Shown here piece by piece: positions 19,169 to 28,918 of a stretch of 34,760 bases of DNA (positions are counted from its first letter, which is position 1; each line of letters begins with the position of its first letter). Below the pieces are notes generated by a model. It searched no databases, was not told where the DNA came from, and worked only from the letters and a program-made list of their open reading frames with translations. Source of the stretch: Bacteroidia bacterium (lineage in GTDB: Bacteria; Bacteroidota; Bacteroidia; JABDFU01); assembly GCA_016787005.1 (NCBI GenBank), contig JAEUTS010000122.1:1-34760 (forward strand), in the 5' to 3' direction. Made by a program: the position numbers and the translations under genes.

Positions 19169-22009
19169 ATGATGCATGCCGGTAAGCAGATAATCCGACT
19201 TTCTTGTTTTTTATTGACATTATTTGTCAGCACAGCCTGTTCAATAAGGGCTCAAACGGTTACAGCAAATGATGCCAGTATTTGTAACGGCTCATGCGCT
19301 ACAATTACCGCTGTAGCTTCTGGTGGAACTCTTCCATACACATTTTCATGGAGCAATGGGAACAATACTTCCTCCATCACAGATTGTCCTTCGGCAAATA
19401 CAGTTTATACAGTAACATTAACCGATGCTTTAGGTAATAAGGCATCCACAACAGCCAAAGTAGTGCTTCTTCCGGGTGTATTAGCTTCAATTTCAGCTAC
19501 TAATCTGAAATGCAATGGCGACAATATTGGTACAGCTACTGTAGGCACGGCAAATACAGGAACTCCTCCATAGATGTATCTTTGGAATAACGGACATTCA
19601 AGTCCTTCAATTTCGGGCCTTTCTGCGGGTACGTATAAGGTTACTGTTACCGACAGCAAAGGCTGTACTTCCATAGCCTCAACTACTATCACTCAACCAC
19701 CGGCAATTTCAGGAAGCATATCATCATCTCCGGCAACCTGTGGTTCAAATAATGGAAGTGCTGTGGCCACAGCTTCCGGTGGAACGGGGACTCTTATGTA
19801 TACCTGGAGCAATGGTACAGTCGGAAACATAGCATCCGCTCTTTCGGCCGGATTTTATGCTGTTTCCGTTAAAGATGCTAATTCCTGCGTAAGAATATTT
19901 CCATTGCTTCTAACAAATACCGGCAGCGGTGTTGTGACTGCATTAACAAAATCCAATGTAAGTTGCAATGGCGGAAATAATGGCGGTGCGGTGGCGAGTA
20001 TTTCCGGAGGATCGGGCCCGTTTACATATAGTTGGAGTAACGGTTCTGTCGGGCAGACCGCAAACGGGCTGGCTGCCGGATTATATTTTGTAATTGTGCG
20101 TGATGCCAGCTTGTGTTTGTCTGGTTCAATTGTCAATATTACTCAACCTTTTCCTTTGAATATCACTTTTGGAGTCAGCCAACCCACCTGTGGTTCGGCA
20201 AACGGATATGCATCAGCCAATGTAACCGGCGGAACAGGACCATACAATTACAGCTGGAGTAACGGTGCCACCACCAAAACTATATCAGCGCTTCCTGCAG
20301 GTAATTATACCGTATCCGTTGCAGATACAAATAATTGTAAAACTTCAGACGTAGTAACTCTATTAGGCATAACAGCTCCGATTGTCACTGTATCTGTCAA
20401 TCAAATAACATGTAATGGTGCCGGTAACGGTTCAATAACATTGGCCGTTTCAAGCAGCGCAGGCATGCCCTATACATACAGCTGGAGCAATGGCGTAACC
20501 GGAACAACGGGTATTACAGGATTAAGCGCTGGCACTTACTTTGCAATAGTAACTAATTCGGTAGGGTGTGTCACAAGCAGATCAGTGGTCATCACAGAAC
20601 CTCCGGCAATTATATTATCAGCCAATTCATTAAACGCTCCATGTGTTTCTATAATTGGCAGCGCTCTTGCAACAACAATAGGAGGAACCGGTGCCTTTAC
20701 TTATAGCTGGAGCAGCGGTGCAACCGGACCAACTGCTTCAGGACTTACAACCGGAACGTACTCTTTAACGGCAATGGACGCCAATGGTTGTTCAACAACA
20801 ACAACAGTTGCGATCATTAATTCGGCCGGAACTGCAAGCACTACTGTTTTATCCAATGTAAGTTGTCATGGAGGCAGCAATGGGAGTGCCAGTGCCGGTA
20901 TGTCTGTGGGAAGTACAATCACTGCCTATATTTGGAGCAATGGCCAAACCGGTTCATTAATATCAGGAATTACTGCGGGAAATTATACAGTTACAATTAC
21001 CGACAGCAATGGTTGTCTGAATACATCAGTAGCTATAATCACAGAACCTCCTGCAATTATATTATCAGCCAATTCATTAAACACTCCATGTGTTACGATA
21101 AACGGAAGCGCTCTTGCAACAGCAACCGGCGGAACCGGCGCCTTCACCTATAGCTGGAGCAGCGGAGCCACAGGGCAAACCGTTTCCGGGCTTACACCCG
21201 GCAATTATACGGTAACGGTTATAGATGCGAACGCTTGTATCAAAAGCACAACAGTAAATATCGTTTATTCAGGTGCAAGCGCGGCTGTAGCTGCCGTTTT
21301 GTCCAATGTAAATTGTCATGGTGATAGCAACGGAAGCGCAACGGTAACTCTGTCCGGAACAAATACCGCTATTTCTTATTCCTGGAGTAACGGAGCCGCC
21401 ACGCAGTCGATTTCAGGTGTAGCCGGGGGAAGTTATACTGTTACAGTCACTGATAATAACAGTTGCAATTTTACCTCTATCGTTGTGATAGCTGAGCCGC
21501 CTCAACTTACTGCTGCCATATCAGCGGTAAACGCCACCTCAGCAGCAAGCTGCGACGGATCCATCACTTCTGTTGTATCCGGAGGAGTTCCGGTTTATTC
21601 TTATCAATGGTCGAATAGTTCAACAACCGCTTTTATTTCCGGGCTTTGCACCGGACTTTATGCTTATACAATTACAGATAGTCATGGCTGCGAGGTCAAG
21701 AACAGTGTATTGATATCTGACACATTAAATACCCGCTGTAACCTGCATTTTTACAATATGATCACACCTAATAACGATGGCAATAATGATTACTGGCACA
21801 TCGACTGCATTACAGCATATACGTTAAATAATGTAGCCATCTTTAACCGCTGGGGCAATAAAATCTGGCAAACGGATGGCTATAATAATACCGATCGTGC
21901 CTGGAAAGGCACAGATCAATCAGGAACAGCAATGCCCGAAGGTACTTACTTTTATGTTGTTAAGGTAAATTCAATCGAATATTCAGGCAAAGTAGAACTT
22001 CTGAAATGA
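19169..22009 (+). pseudogene. SprB-repeat T9SS type B (gliding-motility CTD) cargo protein interrupted by one in-frame TAG at 19571-19573
   Basis: ORFs 19169-19573 (signal peptide) and 19574-22009 are in the same frame. GTPP*MYLWNNG matches the repeat consensus GTxP(Y/F)TYSWSNG. The type B CTD has ITPNNDGNND, IFNRWG and EGTYFY. It would be 946 aa if the TAG is read through. Confidence 0.75.
20591..21177 (+). repeat. near-identical internal direct repeat (about 140 bp; copies start at 20591 and 21038)
   Basis: ATCACAGAACCTCC(G/T)GCAATTATATTATCAGCCAATTCATTAAAC(G/A)CTCCATGTGTT...TATAGCTGGAGCAGCGG occurs twice, 447 bp apart. Confidence 0.85.
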
Positions 22010-22917
22010 TAAGAGCCCGTAATTTTTTTTTATACTTTATCGTTTTATTTTTTGCCGGCACCTTGTCGGCACAACAATATCCGCAATACAGCGGGTATAT
22101 GTTCAACCGCTTCGCCATTAATCCTGCCTATGCCGGTAATTACAATACATTCCAGGCTACTGCCATGATTCGTAATCAATGGGTAGGTATACAAAACGCG
22201 CCCAATACCTCTTCCCTCTCCTTTCATGGTACGCTAAAGAATGAAAAGGTCGCGCTTGGCTTTAATGTATTCAGCGACGCGATCGGGTTTTCAAAAACAA
22301 ATGCGGTTTTTGGCACCTATGCTTATCGCCTTATCATGCCCTCAGGTACATTGTCGTTTGGCTTACGCATGGGTGTGGCGAATGTTTCTTATAATTGGGA
22401 AGATGTCGATGTAAAGGATAAAGTGGACGCTTTGTTAGGAGCAGGTGTCACAAATGTTTCCCGCGTGCTTTCCGATGCCGGTGTATATTATCACAACAAT
22501 ACATTTTACGCGGGGCTCAGCGCTACAAACCTTATCGGGCAGGGAATGCCTACACTGAATTATTCCCAGCTGCTTCTCCCCCACCTCTTTCTAACAGCCG
22601 GTAAGTCATTCAGCATATCCGATAATTTAATTATCAATCCTTCTGTTTTAATTAAACTGGTTCAGGGTGCCATGGGTATTGATATAAACTGTAATTTCCT
22701 TATCAGCAATAAACTTTGGTTAGGCTTATCGGGCAGGATTGGATATGGTTACGTATTGCTAATGCAATACAATATCACAGAAAAATTCAAAATAGGTTAC
22801 GCGTATGATCTCGGACGAAATGATATAGGTATCATTGGCGGATCATCACACGAAATTATGTTGGGATATAATTTCAGTTTGTTTAGCAGGAAAATGCAGT
22901 CATTCAGATTTCTCTGA
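22006..22917 (+). CDS. type IX secretion system membrane protein, PorP/SprF family
   Basis: QQYPQYSGYMFN...INPAYAG, RNQWVGI..AP, GYAYD and SHEIMLGY. ATGA overlap with the type B cargo, the canonical arrangement. Confidence 0.92.
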   Translation: MIRARNFFLYFIVLFFAGTLSAQQYPQYSGYMFNRFAINPAYAGNYNTFQATAMIRNQWVGIQNAPNTSSLSFHGTLKNEKVALGFNVFSDAIGFSKTNAVFGTYAYRLIMPSGTLSFGLRMGVANVSYNWEDVDVKDKVDALLGAGVTNVSRVLSDAGVYYHNNTFYAGLSATNLIGQGMPTLNYSQLLLPHLFLTAGKSFSISDNLIINPSVLIKLVQGAMGIDINCNFLISNKLWLGLSGRIGYGYVLLMQYNITEKFKIGYAYDLGRNDIGIIGGSSHEIMLGYNFSLFSRKMQSFRFL

Positions 22918-22922
22918 TACGT

Positions 22923-25601
22923 ATGGTAAAAAGAACCGGTATATTATTTATTCTCCTTGTGATGACCTGTTCCGTGAAAGTGAACGCGCAACTCGCGAAG
23001 GCCGATAAATATTTTTCGAATTACGAATATGCCAACGCCATACCCTGCTATTTAAAAGTTGTTAAAAAAGGTACTAACCTGCCCGCTTTACAAAATCTGG
23101 CTCACTGTTACAGGCTCACGAAAAACTACACCCAGGCGGAGATCTACTATGCACAGGCTGTACAGCAAATGGGTGTTGACCCCGTTAACTTTTTCTATTA
23201 CGGGCTGGTGTTAAAGAACAATAAAAAATACGAAGAAGCCGAAAAACAATTTAACCGTTACATGGAGCTGGTCCCTTCCGATCAAAAGGCCGATCTCTCG
23301 GTAAAATCAATGCAGGAACTTAAAGTGATGATGGCACAGCCTTCCCATTATGAGATAACCAATGTAAAAGCCCTCAACTCGCTGCGATCGGAATTCGCGC
23401 CTGCATTTTATAAGAACGGCCTGGTTTATACCAGCGACCGTGAGCCCGACCTTGTTAACTTCCAGAACAGCGAATGGAACAAGCATCCGTATTTCAACCT
23501 GTACTTTGCCGAATCGGATCCGAAAGATAAAAACGTATTCAAATCCTCTCAGCGCTTTTCAAAGAAAGTGAATGGTCCTTATCACGATGGTATGGCCACC
23601 TTTAACAGCGATCATACTCAAATGTTCTTTACGCGTATTGAAACACGTTCGGCATCGAACAAAATATTTCAGCCGCATATCTATTCCTCAAAGGCTTCCA
23701 ATGGCAAATGGGATAAAGGAGAGCTTGTTCCCCTCGCCAGCGACAGCGCCTGGGTTTCACATCCAAGCCTGTCGGCCGACGGCCAGCAATTGTATTTCGC
23801 GGCCGATATCGCGGGAGGTTTTGGAGGAAAAGATATTTATGTATCGAAAAAAGAAGGTGACAAATGGGGCACTCCGCAAAATCTCGGACCTAATGTAAAT
23901 ACTGTACTTGATGAGGTGTTCCCCTATATCCGTAAGGACAATGTTTTATTTTTCAGTTCAACCGGCCATACCGGCCTGGGTGGATTTGATATTTTTTCAT
24001 CATCACAGATCAACGGCAAATGGAGCAAGCCCGAGAATCTTGGTACACCACTTAACTCATCCACAGATGATTTCGGTATTTTGTTCGGGGAAGATAACCT
24101 GTCGGGCTATTTTTCATCCGACAGAGCTGATGGCCAGGGTGCGGATGATATTTACAGCTTCATTCAGCTGAAACTTATCTCCATGAAAGGGAAAGTGCTG
24201 CTGAGTAGGGATATTAATCAGCCTGCCAAAGGCATTAAAGTTCTCCTGCTTTCAGAAGACGGTAAAGTGCTGGGGGTAACATCAACGGACAGCCTGGGTT
24301 TCTTTAAGTTCGAAAACCTGAGCCCGGATTTGCAGTACCTGGTTAAAATGGACGAAAGTGACGCGAATTTCAATCCTAACAAAAAATACTACCTGGCTAA
24401 TGAGTTGAATAAAATTTTAAGAGTTACCGTTATTAATGATCACGGCCAGAAATTTGTGTTCGAGAAATTACCGGCCGACCTTGTAGCGTTGAAGCCCGAT
24501 TCGCTGATTGATAATGCCAGCCAGATAGCGGGCACGCTGCTTATAGGTGACAATCCCTCTAAACCATACGCCAATAAAAAAGTAAACCTGTTGAACGAAA
24601 AAGGTGAGGTTGTAAAAACCATTGTTACCAATGGCTTTGGTTCATTTGTTTTTACCGATCTCGACCCCGATGTAACTTATTTTATTGCCGCCGATGAAAG
24701 CGACGGAGGGCTTTCGCCTAACAGCAAGATTATTTTAACCAACTCATCGGCTAAAGAGATCAAGGTAATTAAGTCCGACTCAAAGGGCGGGTTCAGGTTC
24801 ACGCTGCTTAAAGGCGATAACAACGAATTATCATTCCTGCAGGTGGATGACACCAAGCTGCGAATGGATATGAAAGGGAGATTATACGCCGATACACTTT
24901 CGCAGCCCATGGCCAATGCAAAGATCGACCTGGTTAATGAACGGGGCCAGGTGCAGCAAAGCATTACCACCAAACCCAACGGAGGCTTTCTATTTACCGC
25001 ACTGCCTTTTAACGAAAGCTTTTTGTTCCGTATTGATGAAAACGATCCACGGTTAAAGGATCTGAAGAAGCTGATCTTTACAAATGAAGCCGGTGTTGTT
25101 ATAAAAGTAATTCACTTTAAAAAGGATGCCGGGTTTAAATTTCAGTTTTTGGCCGGAGATTACAAAAGTATATCCACCACTTATGTGGATGACCCCTGGT
25201 TAAAAGTATTGCAGTTCAAACAAAACGAAAAGGGCAAGAACGACAGCGTGAATATTGTAGAGAACATTTATTACAACCTGGATGATTACAAAGTGCTGCC
25301 CGAAGCCCGTAAAGTACTTGACAAGGTAGTTGACCTGATGAAGAACAACTCAAAACTATCCGTTGAAATTGGCTCCCATACCGACTCAAGAGCCACTGAT
25401 GAATATAACCTTAATCTCTCACAAAAACGGGCCAAAGCCGCTACCGATTACATCATCCAAAACGGCATTGCCAAAAAGCGCATAACTGGAACAGGCTATG
25501 GCGAAACCCGCCTCATTAATAAATGCGGTAATGGTGTTGATTGCCCCGAAGAAGAACATGCCAAGAATAGAAGGACGGAGTTTAGGGTGTATGTGAAGTG
25601 A
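22923..25601 (+). CDS. PorE-like protein: TPR + PD40 propeller + carboxypeptidase-regulatory-like repeats + OmpA peptidoglycan-binding domain
   Basis: TPR N-terminus; LYFAAD..GGFGGKDIY, PQNLGPNVNT and GYFSSDR; OmpA motifs SHTDSRA, YNLNLSQKRA, GYGE and NRRTEF. Confidence 0.88.
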   Translation: MVKRTGILFILLVMTCSVKVNAQLAKADKYFSNYEYANAIPCYLKVVKKGTNLPALQNLAHCYRLTKNYTQAEIYYAQAVQQMGVDPVNFFYYGLVLKNNKKYEEAEKQFNRYMELVPSDQKADLSVKSMQELKVMMAQPSHYEITNVKALNSLRSEFAPAFYKNGLVYTSDREPDLVNFQNSEWNKHPYFNLYFAESDPKDKNVFKSSQRFSKKVNGPYHDGMATFNSDHTQMFFTRIETRSASNKIFQPHIYSSKASNGKWDKGELVPLASDSAWVSHPSLSADGQQLYFAADIAGGFGGKDIYVSKKEGDKWGTPQNLGPNVNTVLDEVFPYIRKDNVLFFSSTGHTGLGGFDIFSSSQINGKWSKPENLGTPLNSSTDDFGILFGEDNLSGYFSSDRADGQGADDIYSFIQLKLISMKGKVLLSRDINQPAKGIKVLLLSEDGKVLGVTSTDSLGFFKFENLSPDLQYLVKMDESDANFNPNKKYYLANELNKILRVTVINDHGQKFVFEKLPADLVALKPDSLIDNASQIAGTLLIGDNPSKPYANKKVNLLNEKGEVVKTIVTNGFGSFVFTDLDPDVTYFIAADESDGGLSPNSKIILTNSSAKEIKVIKSDSKGGFRFTLLKGDNNELSFLQVDDTKLRMDMKGRLYADTLSQPMANAKIDLVNERGQVQQSITTKPNGGFLFTALPFNESFLFRIDENDPRLKDLKKLIFTNEAGVVIKVIHFKKDAGFKFQFLAGDYKSISTTYVDDPWLKVLQFKQNEKGKNDSVNIVENIYYNLDDYKVLPEARKVLDKVVDLMKNNSKLSVEIGSHTDSRATDEYNLNLSQKRAKAATDYIIQNGIAKKRITGTGYGETRLINKCGNGVDCPEEEHAKNRRTEFRVYVK

Positions 25602-25645
25602 AGTCTGTTGATTATATTAGATTTATCATTTATTTTTTGTAATTC

Positions 25646-28276
25646 ATGATTAGGAAAATTCTACATATAAATTTCTTTATTGTCCTTTTTTCTGCATTAT
25701 CATTCGGCCAATATTACCGTGCCTGGAATAGTATTTATCCAAGTTCTCAAGGCGGGGGACTGCAAGGTTTTGAATCTGTGGTTGATCAAAATGGATATGT
25801 ATATCTAGGAATTGGAAAGAATGGATTGGGTCCGCCATATTATGGATCTTACCTGATGAAATACGATCCTCATGGATATATGCAATGGGAACATTTAGAT
25901 TCAATTTCTTCATTTGGAACAATGAAAATAAGCAGAAGTGGCTTTTTGCACATTGCCAACTCTAATAATATTTATCCAAATTACTATTTGACATTAAGAA
26001 AACTTGATGCAAATGGGAAAACTCTTTGGACTTATAAAGATGTCTCAAATAGTACTACAACTGTAAATTATTATAATAATATTGATTTTGACAGTAAAGG
26101 AAATATTATTGCTGCTGGTACGATTAATTCTGGTGGAATTTTTGCATTAACATCCAAAATTGATACGCTTGGAAATCTTTTATGGAAGAAACAGATAAAT
26201 TTTGGAGGATACAGTAGTGCCTATTCATTATTAATCGATGCTTCAGACAATATATATGTATCAATTAAAAATGGAATTGTCAAGTATAGCCCCACCGGAG
26301 CTGAATTATGGAGTATCCCTTTGGACTTTTGGACTATATCGGCCATCTCCTTTGACAAACAAGGTAATATATATGCAGTTGGCATTACAAACTCAACCCA
26401 TTTAATGGGAACCAATAAAATTGATCCGAATGGGAAACTACTTTGGTCTCAAACTTTTGGATATGGAGATGCATACGGTACATCAATTGCTATGGATTCA
26501 GTAGGTAATGTATATGTTGCGGGTGCAATAGGTGCAACAAATAATCCGTATAGTTTAGCAACAGGTGTTCTTTTAAAATATACACCAAACGGAAACTTAA
26601 TTTGGTCAAAGAATTATTCAGGCACATCAGCTACCCGTGCAATCAATACAAACAATTCTATTAGCATTACAACAATAGCCCCAAATAAATTTATGCTTTA
26701 TGGTACATTTTTAAACAATTCAACATTTGCAGATTGCTTCCTATCGTTAATTGATACTTCCGGAGCTATTCTATGGCAGGACATATTTCATTCTAATAAT
26801 CCACATGAAGAATGTCAGGGTTGGTGGGATTTAAATATCGATAATGATAAAAATATATACATGCTGGGGGGGCATGGGACTTGCACCGGAAACAGCATGG
26901 ATGATTTATTATTAATGAAATATACAATGAACAATAGAAATTCTTCCCCATCAATACATGGAAATTTATATTATGATGTAAATCAGGATTGTATTTTGGA
27001 TTCTACTGAATCAAAACTGGAAGGTAAAATAATTGGCCTGATAGACAGTACTAAAAATCTTATAAATTATGCAATGACCGATACTGGTGGCAATTTTTAT
27101 TTTTATGCTCCGATTGGAAAATATCAAATTGATCCGGTACCTCCTAAATATTGGATTAGCACATGTAACAATGGAGTTTCATTAAGTATTGACAGCAGCT
27201 CCTCCGTTTCATATAATAATAAATTAGGACTTTTTATGCTCCAGAATGTACAAGATTTAAGAATAAGTGTTGGAGGAGGACACATTCGGGCCGGACACAA
27301 GGTTGAATACAATGTTTTTGCGGAAAATTCAGGTACAAAACCGATGAGTGGTAACATCGTAATTCTTCATGATTCGATTTTACATTTTGTAAATGCGACT
27401 CCACCTCCAGATTCTGTTTTCCAGACTAAATTAGTCTGGAATTATTCCAACCTCCTTGCGGGAAAAAGTACAAAAGTTGATTTTACTTTGGCAGTCGATA
27501 CGAGTGTTTCTTTTAATTCTACTATAGATAAGCTTTATGCAATCATTACACCTGTTTTAACAGATACTACTCCAGAAAACAATATTGATAGTTTGTTGCA
27601 ATTCCCATTTGGCCCATATGATCCGAATCACAAATCGGTTAATTTCCAGGATACTGTTTATAAAAACGATACATCTTTTACATATATGATTCAATTTCAA
27701 AACCTGGGTAACGATACAGCTTTCAATGTGGTATTGAGGGATACGATAAGTGATTTGTTTGAATTAGCCAGTGTGGAAATGGGTGCATCAAGTTATCCCT
27801 ATTCAACAAGATTTATAGGAAACGTTATGTTTATCAACTTCAAAAACATCTCTTTACCTCCGAAAATAATTGACGAAGCCAATAGCCAGGGATTTGTAAA
27901 ATATAGTATAAAAAGGATAAAAAATATTGCTCCCGGAACAAGAATTATTAATCGAGCAGCTATCTACTTCGATTATATGCCACCGGTAATAACCAATGAT
28001 GCAAGCAATATATATTTGGAACGGCCACTCACCAGTTTTGAGAAATTAGAATCATTAAAGATATTTCCCAATCCTGCCGACTTCAGCATAGCCATACAAG
28101 GCATTCGGAGTAAGACGAAAATTACCCTCTATGATATGTTAGGTAAGCTGCTTAAAGAAGAGGTTACCGATAGCGATATTTTAATTGAAACCCATAAATT
28201 AACGAAAGGCATTTACTTACTTATTACTGAAAGAGATGGTCATAGAGTTTACAACAAAGTATTAATTGTCAGGTAA
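25646..28276 (+). CDS. T9SS type A sorting-domain protein with SBBP-like beta-propeller and beta-sandwich domains
   Basis: Signal peptide; DxxGNIY(A/V)(A/V)G repeats; IHGNLYYDVNQDC; YDPNHK...YMIQFQNLGNDTA...AAIYFD; CTD motifs IFPNPA, LYDMLGK, GIYLL and KVLIVR. Confidence 0.85.
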   Translation: MIRKILHINFFIVLFSALSFGQYYRAWNSIYPSSQGGGLQGFESVVDQNGYVYLGIGKNGLGPPYYGSYLMKYDPHGYMQWEHLDSISSFGTMKISRSGFLHIANSNNIYPNYYLTLRKLDANGKTLWTYKDVSNSTTTVNYYNNIDFDSKGNIIAAGTINSGGIFALTSKIDTLGNLLWKKQINFGGYSSAYSLLIDASDNIYVSIKNGIVKYSPTGAELWSIPLDFWTISAISFDKQGNIYAVGITNSTHLMGTNKIDPNGKLLWSQTFGYGDAYGTSIAMDSVGNVYVAGAIGATNNPYSLATGVLLKYTPNGNLIWSKNYSGTSATRAINTNNSISITTIAPNKFMLYGTFLNNSTFADCFLSLIDTSGAILWQDIFHSNNPHEECQGWWDLNIDNDKNIYMLGGHGTCTGNSMDDLLLMKYTMNNRNSSPSIHGNLYYDVNQDCILDSTESKLEGKIIGLIDSTKNLINYAMTDTGGNFYFYAPIGKYQIDPVPPKYWISTCNNGVSLSIDSSSSVSYNNKLGLFMLQNVQDLRISVGGGHIRAGHKVEYNVFAENSGTKPMSGNIVILHDSILHFVNATPPPDSVFQTKLVWNYSNLLAGKSTKVDFTLAVDTSVSFNSTIDKLYAIITPVLTDTTPENNIDSLLQFPFGPYDPNHKSVNFQDTVYKNDTSFTYMIQFQNLGNDTAFNVVLRDTISDLFELASVEMGASSYPYSTRFIGNVMFINFKNISLPPKIIDEANSQGFVKYSIKRIKNIAPGTRIINRAAIYFDYMPPVITNDASNIYLERPLTSFEKLESLKIFPNPADFSIAIQGIRSKTKITLYDMLGKLLKEEVTDSDILIETHKLTKGIYLLITERDGHRVYNKVLIVR

Positions 28277-28533
28277 AGTATTCCTTGATTAAACATATTT
28301 TAGGGAACAACACAAAGACTTTTTAAGAACTGGACAGCTTACAACAAATCGTCTTAACGTTTAAGCATCTCATTTCAATAAATCATTTAGCGCAACCCGT
28401 GCGACCCCACCTGCGACCGCCCAAAAGGTTTAAATTTTTTGCCACCGCACATTTTTAATTTTTAAGCGTCGGAGGCGGTTTGCCATTCTAATTTGGCTCC
28501 CGCAACATGTTAATAAAATTGTATATAATCAAA

Positions 28534-28564
28534 TTTGCTTTTTCGGAAACCATTATTATATTTG
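28534..28564 (+). promoter_or_regulatory. consensus Bacteroidota promoter of the restriction-modification operon
   Basis: TTTG at 28534-28537, a 19-nt spacer, then TATATTTG at 28557-28564. Confidence 0.75.
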
Positions 28565-28577
28565 GACAAATATTGTC
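28565..28577. promoter_or_regulatory. palindrome GACAA-ATA-TTGTC, candidate operator of the XRE regulator
   Basis: Perfect 5-bp inverted repeat immediately after the -7 box and 11 nt before the XRE ATG. Confidence 0.45.
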
Positions 28578-28588
28578 AAGAACCAAAA

Positions 28589-28918
28589 ATGTCTAAACAA
28601 GGAATTGAATCATTTGGCGAAACGCTCCGTAAACTACGAGAAGAAACTGAAATGCCTTTAAGAAAGCTTGCTGCACTTCTTGATATTGACCAATCAACAT
28701 TAAGTAAAATTGAGCGAAATGAAAGAAAAGCAAATACTGAAATGATTGATAAACTATCAAGTATTTTCAAAGTAGATAGAAAATCATTACTTATAAGTTT
28801 CATAAGCGACAAAGTCGCATACGAATTATTAGAAGAAGATAACCCAAAGGATATTTTGAAAGTTGCCGAACAAAAAATAACATACTTGAAACAATTCAAA
28901 AAACATACTGATGCTTAA
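28589..28918 (+). CDS. XRE-family helix-turn-helix regulator (probable R-M controller)
   Basis: FGETLRKLRE..MPLRKLAALLDIDQSTLSKIERNER. First gene of the R-M operon, overlapping the next gene by 8 nt. ATG 28589. Confidence 0.85.
   Translation: MSKQGIESFGETLRKLREETEMPLRKLAALLDIDQSTLSKIERNERKANTEMIDKLSSIFKVDRKSLLISFISDKVAYELLEEDNPKDILKVAEQKITYLKQFKKHTDA

Noticed and set aside
19571-19573. Genome-wide TAG reassignment (alternative genetic code)
   Set aside because: Only one internal TAG occurs among the called genes, all other long ORFs are intact under code 11, and TAG ends M2 at a normal family C-terminus (KEYLFIGK).
20591-21177. Diversity-generating retroelement TR/VR pair
   Set aside because: Both copies are in-frame coding repeats inside one gene, the differences are not confined to adenines, and no reverse transcriptase is present in the window.
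28508-28528. DnaA-box-like 9-mers upstream of the R-M promoter (TGTTAATAA, TGTATATAA)
   Set aside because: They are imperfect matches in very AT-rich DNA and could easily arise by chance.
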